Below, piece after piece: positions 55,082 to 64,000 of a DNA stretch of 64,000 bases. The stretch comes from Octopus vulgaris (lineage: Eukaryota). Where the stretch lies: contig OX597814.1 in the NCBI GenBank assembly GCA_951406725.2, positions 193,564,001-193,628,000 of the forward strand, read 5' to 3'. The first letter of the stretch is position 1, and every line of letters begins with the position of its first letter. The notes under the pieces are model-generated. The model had not been told where the DNA came from. It did no database searches and worked only from the letters and a program-made list of their open reading frames with translations. The translations under genes were made by a program, and so were the position numbers.

Positions 55082-55761
55082 TTAGCAGACGAAATATTGC
55101 TAAGCATTTTTTTCCCCTGCATGCTAACGATCGCCGTATGATAAAGTCTTTCTTAATAACTATATGTAAAAAAAAAATTAATAATTCATGATGGAGGCAA
55201 AAATATTTCGTTTCATTAATTAACTGAAAGAAAGAAGTGGAACAATGTTACTTGTGACTGAGAGTTCACGGCAATGAGTTAAAAAGTTTTTAAAAATCAA
55301 GATTAAATAAGAAAAGAAACATAAACTGGTGAATAGGTTCATTAAAAAATAAGATGGAAGAGAATATCATGTAAATACGAGGGTGGTGAGGGTGTATTCG
55401 TATGCTTTTAAAGGTACTAAATAATTAAGTGGGGAAATTCAAACCCATTATTTTAAGAATATAAGATTAAAAGCATTAGCAGTAATAAAAAAAAATGAAA
55501 TGATATAATTACAATTGTAATTGAATATAAACGGGTGAAAGTAAAGATTAACCAGGATTGTTGTTATGTAAAAAAAATGGAGGAAATTGTGGATGTTAAA
55601 GAAAGGGGTTATACGTAATAATTGAGGAACTAAAAGATTATGTGGGGGAACATTTTATTTTTGAAAAAATGACCTATTTTATTAAAATTGAAATTGAAAC
55701 TTTTAGTAAAACATTAAAGTAGAATGAAAGAAAAAAAATGAAATTTAGATTAGATTATATC

Positions 55762-56012
55762 TTTTATCTTTCACTTGTTTCAGTCATTGAACAGACGCTA
55801 TGAGGTTTCACCGCCTCGAAGGTTTTATTCACATTCTTATTTATAAGTCTGGCATTTCTTCTATGCGTTTCTGTTGCCGAACCGCTAAGTTATGGGGACG
55901 TAAACAAACCAACACCGGTTGCAAAGTGATGGCGGTGCTAGAACCAAATACACACACACACACACTCACACAACGGGTTTCCGTACAGTTTCCGTCTAGT
56001 AAATTCACTCGA
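55762..56012 (-). mobile_element. SINE family A, degenerate
   Basis: cttgtttcagtcatt...ttgccgaaccgctaagttatggggacgtaaac...cagtttccgtcta. Confidence 0.7.
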
Positions 56013-56748
56013 AATATATTGTAATTAGAATATGCTGAGAAAATACTGCCATCAGCCTCCAGTTCAACTCATTTTGCTAGTTTCAGAGTCAGCAAAATAC
56101 ATCTGCCGTCTTCCCTAACGTGTGAGCAGCTGCTCCCTCATCCTTTCTGCCACATTCACCACTGTCAGAATCTTTCACACAGAGTGTGCCTGAAAACCCA
56201 CTGAGCCAAAACCAAATGGAAATAGTTAATCTGCCAATGTTTTCCCCTATAATGTTGGGCCAGATTCTGACATTTAGTGACTTTCCTCCCACAAGCTTCC
56301 TCATCGATAATCTTTCCACAGAACCGTCAGTTCAATCAGAATTATTTCCTTCACTTCCTTAAATCATATGACTATATCATGCCCCAGAAGATATTGAAGT
56401 TTCCTTCTCAGCTCCAACCTCATTGCCTATTTTTGTACTGCTTGCCGGAGACTCTCCTGAGTTTTTTTGGGGAGGAAAATTACTTACCTTTGTCTCTGAT
56501 AAACTGAAAGGTGAGGATTGAATTCGCATTTTTTCCATCTCTCTATTGCCCCAAAATGTCAACCAGTGCTCAGAAAACCTTGTCATGGCGCCATTTCTTT
56601 TTCTCCAAACTAACTGCAGAATTTGCACCTGTCAGCATATGCACCAACGTGCCTCTCACTTACAATAACCTACACTGTGGAACCTGTCTTATTCCCCTCC
56701 GGTGCAAGGTGCAAGTTTGTTGGTGTTAGAAGAAAATATGTGTATATG

Positions 56749-56819
<71 letters not shown>

Positions 56820-56998
56820 TGTATGTACGTACGTATATGTATATGTATATATACGTATATATATATGTATATGTATATATATGTATATAAATATATATCT
56901 ATATATGTATATGTATATATATATATATCTTGAATATATATATGTACTATGTTTTTATCTATCTTTATATATGTATATACATATATCATGTATTTGTG

Positions 56999-57046
<48 letters not shown>

Positions 57047-57391
57047 AACAGACACATATATAAGTGTGTGTGTGTGTGTGCGCGCGCATGCAGTCTAACA
57101 TTCTTTTTGTATATTATATATATATATATATCTGTGAATGTCTATTTGTGTGTGTGTGTATATGCATGTATGCATTTCATTCATACATAGGTACGTTCAT
57201 GCGTACATACAGACATACATACATACATACATACACACATACATATATACATACATACGCACATACATACATACATACATATATACATGCATGCATGCAT
57301 GCATACATATATACACACATACATACATACATATATACATGCATGCATGCATACATACATACACACATACATACATACATACATACATACA

Positions 57392-57422
<31 letters not shown>

Positions 57423-57565
57423 GTTCATACGTTCATGCATACATGCATGTATGCATATACATACATGCTAGACATAAGAGGGCTTTGTAAGTATGCGCGT
57501 CGGTACTTCAGGAAATGTGTGCCGAATTATTATTTTTTAGCTGAGTTTTACAATAAATGCACACA

Positions 57566-57645
<80 letters not shown>

Positions 57646-58161
57646 TACTCTTGCTTTCACTCACACACACAAAAACACACATACACATACACAAACACAC
57701 ACACACAAATACTCACACACGTACACATATACATACACTAATAGGCATACATACTTATATACAAAATTTACATTTCTAAAGAAATACAAGTGCAACGCCT
57801 ATCTTCTGGTTTGTTTACTATTATATTTCATAAAAAATTGATTCGTTTATTTGCATTCATTACTTTTTTCCTTAACACTAACTGAAAATAACTCTCATAT
57901 ATCCGTTTTTCTAAAACCAAATTTTAGCAAGATAATAACAATTATAAATATCATTTTATTTGAAATATTTTTTGTAAACACAATAATTGTATATCTTTTA
58001 GCGTGTTTTTAATATTTTTGTTTTTGATTTAATTTTGCTATTCCCAGCATTTAATAATACTATCATGTTCAGACATTTTCATTATGAAATAAAGTAAACA
58101 TCTCATTGCCTTTCACAATGTGTATATGTGTATATATATATTTATGTTTGTTGAATGAATG

Positions 58162-58360
<199 letters not shown>

Positions 58361-58367
58361 ACATATA

Positions 58368-58404
<37 letters not shown>

Positions 58405-58547
58405 TAGGGAGTATAATTTTTATATTTTTATGCTTTTTGTGATCTGTGATCTAGTTATACGTTTTAAAAAAAATATATTTTATTTTCTATTTATGATTTG
58501 GTTTATGTCTATCATTGTTTGAATTGCATAATAGTGGTTTTTCTCTA

Positions 58548-58579
<32 letters not shown>

Positions 58580-58582
<3 letters not shown>

Positions 58583-58768
58583 TAAAAACGGTAAAATAAC
58601 AAAAGAAAGAAAGAGACCTCAATATTATGTAAATAGAGGAAATTTATCTGTAAAATAATGTGACAATTATTCAATAGCCAAGATAACCGAAGAGATGGTG
58701 CTGTGGATTTCCACTTCGGCATCCGAGTTTTATCTTGGCTATTGAATAATTGTCACCTATTATTTTAC

Positions 58769-58772
<4 letters not shown>
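58580..58772. mobile_element. TA-flanked fold-back element, family P4 (relatives at 39050-39170 and 45408-45538)
   Basis: Shared acaaaagaa..gaga.ct..atattat..aaataga.gaatttatctgtaaa; arms 58646-58686 / 58730-58772 are inverted. Confidence 0.75.
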
Positions 58773-58837
<65 letters not shown>

Positions 58838-59132
58838 TACATATATATGACTGTTTATTCACCGAAAACACTTAAAGCTCCACGAGGCTCCGGCAGGGAG
58901 GGTGAACCCTGCAGTACTCTTTCATCACAACTTTCTCTCACTCTTTCTTCTTGTTTCCTTTGTACCTGTATTTCAAAGGGCCAGCCTTGTCACACTATGT
59001 GTCATGCTGAATCTCCCCGAGAACGTCTTTCAACTGCAGTTGAAATCGGAATGTTAGTGACATACCTATTTGAGCACTCAGAGCGCATATCTATTAGAGT
59101 CACCGTGAGATATATCCAAAAAAAAAAAAGCA

Positions 59133-59790
59133 CCAAATGAGTTGACCTGGCCATATTGTTCGAATGGCGGATGAACGCACACTCAAACAGCTGTTTTATG
59201 GCGAGCTTGCAGAGGGGAAATGCAATCGGTGTAAACCTAAAAAGAAGGTTTAAGGATGGAGTAAGGACTACCCTGAAGTCATTTGGAATGGATCCAAAGG
59301 CCATAGAAGCCCTTGCTGGATGGCCAACAAACGTGTGGAGTAGCGTGAAAGCGTTCGAGGAGGCCAGGATAACACATGCAAAACTCGAGAGAGATTTAAA
59401 GAAGAATGTCACTATCGAGTAGGTGTGTCCCTGTGACCATTTTGTGTGCAGAGTTTGTGACAGCCCATGCCTTTCTTTTGCTGGGCTCAAATCGTATTTG
59501 CGGACCCATGAGAAACGAACTTCCAGCAACTATTCTGCCTCTATACCTGTGCACACTTTTCAATGCCGTGTGTGCCACATTATCTGCAAATCTAACGGCA
59601 GCCTCAAAAGACATTTTAAGATACACAAAGAGCAGAACTTAACTGCAGCTCTGGTGGTCGAAATCAAATATGGAATCTATGTGGGTGTCTTTTCAATAAC
59701 ATTGCCTGGTTTAAAAAGCCGCATCAGACGCCATGGTAGATCTAAGATATTGGTACAAGAGGTGGTCAGCCTCTACGTAAGAAGTAGACA
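59133..59790 (+). pseudogene. RTE-clade LINE C-terminus with tandem C2H2 zinc fingers
   Basis: GHIVRMADERTLKQLFYGELAEGK..KPKKRFKD (one frameshift), then FVCRVCDSPCLSFAGLKSYLRTH, FQCRVCHIICKSNGSLKRHFKIH and a decayed third finger (LPGLKSRIRRH). Confidence 0.8.
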
Positions 59791-60085
59791 ACCACCATAC
59801 GTACATATGCATGAATGCATACATACACAAAACTTGTCCCTCCTGTTCCGTCTTCTTTTTGCGCTCATTGCCTTCTTAACACACACACACATATATATAT
59901 ATATGTATATATATACGTGTGTGGACGTGTGTGTGTGTGTGTGCGTGTTTGTGTATAGGTATGAATATCTATACATATGTTCATATATACATATAAATCT
60001 GTCTGTGTGTGTTTTTGTATTTGTTAAAGGCATGTGTTGTCTGTATATATGTATGTAGGTGTATATATGTATATATATATATATA

Positions 60086-60116
<31 letters not shown>

Positions 60117-60498
60117 GCATGTATGTATATATATTATATGTATATAATGTATATATATATCTGTATATATATATATATATATACATTATATATATATTTA
60201 CACACACACACACACTTATATGTATATAAATATAAATTAATTATTAGTGACGGAAGCAAAATTAGATATCTTGTTAAGATACCGATTGCTTCGTTATTGG
60301 CCCTGAGGGTTTCTCTCTTATAGGAGCGTTGTTCATAAAATCACACGCGTAAGTTGAAGCAGACGAGAAGCATCTGTCATTGGCATAACGGTGATTTCAT
60401 GCTACTGGGTCTCATCAGTTGGAGGCGTCCGGTCACCGCATGCCATTGAACTCCCGCTGCTGCGACATATAGAATAACAGCATCTTTTCAGACGCTGA

Positions 60499-60557
<59 letters not shown>

Positions 60558-60694
60558 TAAAATCCCACCTAAAAATTATTTCATAATGAATTCGGCTTTA
60601 CATTCAGTATTAATAGTTGTTGTTATGCTTAAATTCCTTTAAAACTAGTTTTCGCACCAAATGAGCAATTACATATATACAAACACACACACAC

Positions 60695-60781
<87 letters not shown>

Positions 60782-61857
60782 AATACACACATATACATAT
60801 ATATGTATATGTAACTATGAACACATAAAAGTGAAGATATGCCCGCATGGAAGGCGGATGTTAAACTATGGGGATGATGGTGATGATGATGATGATGATG
60901 ATGATATATGTGTATGTGTGTATGTATGTATGTATATATGTATGTATGGATGGATGGATGGATGGATGGATGGATGGGTGGATGGATGGCTGAACACACG
61001 TAAATGAATATCTATATATATATATATATATATGAAATAGTGCAAGATAACACAATCTAATGACTTTGTGATCTTGTCAAATTATAATTGTTTTTAAAAT
61101 TTGTATAACCCAGTATAAAATTTCCCGGCGGACTCACGTTCATACTCTGTCAAGGAACGATAAGACAATGAATTAGAACCTGCACTTTCCAAGGTAAGTA
61201 AAACAAATCAAACAGAATACTACCAACAAACTGAGATTAATGAAAGAACGATATATTTGGCACAACCTGCCACTTCCTTCGTCAGCCGCAAATCAGAAAT
61301 CATCATAGTTTCGACATCTTAAAGCAGGATCACTTCTTTCGTTGGTGTCACACAACATAAAAAATATTGCCAGTGAAAGTCATATGAAAAGAAGAAAAAG
61401 AGAAAGAAGAAGCAATGAAAGTGAAAATATATAAACTTATATCTACTCGGAATACAAATCCCAAACGTATAAATCGTAAGCACAAACATGATGAAAATTA
61501 AAAGTTATATAGATGCTACTAAATAAAATATGTATGAATTAGATACTTATAAAACATAAGAAACATACATTGATTAAAAATTACGAAGCATTAATATGGT
61601 AAAACTAAAAGAAGAGGCCAAATGAACAACACCCACAGATCATATTACGAAAGAGCAAAACTTTAACTGCCAAGCTCCCACAACCACCCCCACGAAAAAG
61701 AACGAATAGTGGTCGAATAGGAAGTTGGCGGAGGAAGACAAATCTTCAATGTAGAAGTGATCATCATTGGCTAATGAGAAAGAGAGAAAAAGTGGTTTGG
61801 AAACAGAAACAAGAAAGAAGAAAAGAGAAGAAAATTCATTGATAAAACACACAATGT

Positions 61858-61995
61858 CTAGGTATGGGTGTGTGGTTAAGAAACTGATTTTGAAGCTACG
61901 GGGTTTCGAGTTCAGTCCTACTGCATGATACCTTGGGCAAGTCCCGGGCCGACCAATTGGTTGACAGAAACTGTGAGAAAACCCGTCGTATATAA

Positions 61996-62087
<92 letters not shown>

Positions 62088-62441
62088 TCCAATGATCGAG
62101 GTGTAGGAAGAAGGTTAGCTTCAAGCAATCCGTAGTAAATGTAAAAAATAACTTTCAGGGGTAATAGTGGTTTATTGAGATGGAAGGTTGTGGATCTTTT
62201 TTCTTATAGAAGTACGATAAATTGGAAAAAGTTCTTTATATTTCACGGTAGGCAACCATGGTTGCCGGGTATGCGAATACGAAACAAGAGTTAAAGAATG
62301 TGAAACTTGTATTTAATCAAGTTATCCTTGGCCTGAAGAGTAGACTGCGGTGCTCATTTCGCTTGGATATTTACCACACCCGAGGCTCCGCTCGCTTTGA
62401 AACATATTTAGCCCGCTTCTTATATAGTCCATTCCTTAACT

Positions 62442-62478
<37 letters not shown>

Positions 62479-62770
62479 TTTTTTATAAGCTTTAAGCTTA
62501 TGGCTGTCACCGTGCAATGACTAAGGACATAGTCTAATAAAGGGGCATATAAGCAAGCCCTCGACAGAAAAAAGAAGGCTGCACGCACGTCTTTTTCGTC
62601 CCAGCCTCTGATAACTGATCTTGGTTTGCTTATGTCCCCGTAACTTAGCGGTTTGGCAGAAGAGACTTATAGAATAAACGCCAGACTTTGAAATAAGTAC
62701 TGAGGTCGATTCAAACGACTAAACCCTTCAAGGTGGTGTTCCAGCATGGCCACAGTCAAATGACTGAAAC
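61858..62770 (+). mobile_element. SINE family A split by a ~500-bp insert
   Basis: Head 61858-61990, (TA)(TG)n, insert, tail 62610-62770. Confidence 0.65.
62330..62413 (+). ncRNA. Type I hammerhead motif with long stem II
   Basis: GGC-CUGAAGA-G..GCGGUGCUC..GAGGCUCCGC..-GAAACAUAUUU-A-GCC; stems are imperfect; the element ends at (TA)n. Confidence 0.55.
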
Positions 62771-63291
62771 ATCGGGTAGTATTGAGGATAACGTTTTGTA
62801 CGACTCAAGCAACGTTCTCTTAATTTTCATAGCATTTGGTCTGATTTGTAACTATTTACTCGTTATTCAGTTCCATGCGTAAAATGACTCCAAACTTCTT
62901 TAAAATATCCTCATGTAGAGAAACATAGATAATGATAAGAACCTTAAAAAGTGCAAGTCTAGCAATACGATTTTAGAGTTACTTCATAAAAACTTGACTG
63001 CTGTCTGAAGTTGCCAAATTAATTCAACTTTGGCTGATCATCCTTGCAACTTTAGATGCAAACGAATGAACCTTCTCAACTTTGGGCGGAATTCGTTCAT
63101 TCTTAAGATGCACAACAGTCCAAAAAAAAAAAAAACGGTTGACTTCACTGACTCGCATTTCCATCGAGAAACAACTAGTCGTCGATTTAGAACGAACAGA
63201 TTTACTCATAATATCAAAGGAATTTACTATAAAACCAAACCGCTTGGAATTTTCTGTTTAAATGAAGTGTTTATTTCTTATAATATTTATA

Positions 63292-63512
63292 CCTATTTCT
63301 TTACTACCCACAAGGGGCTAAACACAGATGGAACAAACGGATTAAGTCGATTACATCGACCCCAGTACGTAACTGGTACTTAATTTATCGACCCCGAAAG
63401 GATGAAAGGAAAACTCGACCTCGGCGGAATTTGAACTCAGAACGTAACGGCAGACGAAATACGGCTACGCATTTCGCCCGGCATGCTAACGTTTCTGCCA
63501 GCCCGCCGCCTT
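63292..63512 (-). mobile_element. SINE family C
   Basis: Full head (aaggcggcgggctggcagaaacgttagc) and body. Confidence 0.85.
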
Positions 63513-63513
63513 A

Positions 63514-63911
63514 TCTTTATATATAAAAGTGAGGTTGCGTGCTGTCTGTCTCCTACGATTTAGATTCCTAACTACTCCCACATTTTGCGGTGCAGTTTAA
63601 CCAAAAGCGGGTATCTTATAGTCGTGATTCATATCGAGCCCTTCTGGGTATTAGCGCGCGTCTACGATGAGTCTACGATTAAAAAAAAAATTTACTATCA
63701 ATTTTTCCCATTTTTAATGCATTTTTGGCATATATAAGGGAAGTAACTCTCTTAAAATTTATTATTAAATCTCAGAACGTAAAAAGCTACAGTAACACCC
63801 CACCCCTTTGTGGTTAGCCATATTGAGATGGCTATTATACTTTATATCTCTAAAAATGCTTATATAGTTATTTCCCTTACAAACCCGAGCAACGCCGGGC
63901 GATACTGCTAA
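63514..63911 (+). mobile_element. Non-autonomous Helitron, complete ends
   Basis: A|TCtttatatataaaag ... hairpin cccgagcaacgccggg ... CTAA|T, fitting TC...CTRR inserted between A and T. Confidence 0.8.
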
Positions 63912-64000
63912 TTTCTTATAAAAAAATTATACCTTTTGACATTTTAATGTATTAGTGCAGTAGTCGTTCCAAGTAAATGCATTGCTGATTTTACTAAAGA

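Noticed and set aside
61150-61200. Host exon ending at AAG/gtaagt
   Set aside because: An isolated donor-like motif with no supportable acceptor or recognisable peptide.

Overview
Eukaryotic, AT-rich DNA saturated with repeats. I see no intact host gene. The SINE and microsatellite repertoire looks like an octopus (cephalopod) intergenic or intronic region; this is my recognition and is not verified. Nearly all short ORFs in the track are microsatellite translations. Main contents: (1) a 54-unit, 84-bp tandem array with a 13-unit higher-order structure, lying directly after a CCHC zinc-knuckle remnant; (2) about 15 hammerhead-ribozyme motifs from several unrelated Penelope-like or retrozyme-like short elements, most sitting in (TA)n tracts, several with fully canonical cores, others with recurrent core variants, and many with fold-back ends; (3) a cluster of (TAA)n-targeted R4/Dong-type RLE retrotransposons (two families), plus an unexplained ~560-bp element with no recognisable ORF that shares their target; (4) at least four tRNA-headed SINE families, one supplying internal TA landing pads and one forming fixed-junction multimers; (5) fossils of Tc1/mariner, mariner, Merlin, Helitron, a TTAA MITE, CR1, RTE (one with tandem C2H2 fingers) and Penelope RT/GIY-YIG elements. 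All coordinates were read by eye; boundaries of degenerate elements are approximate.
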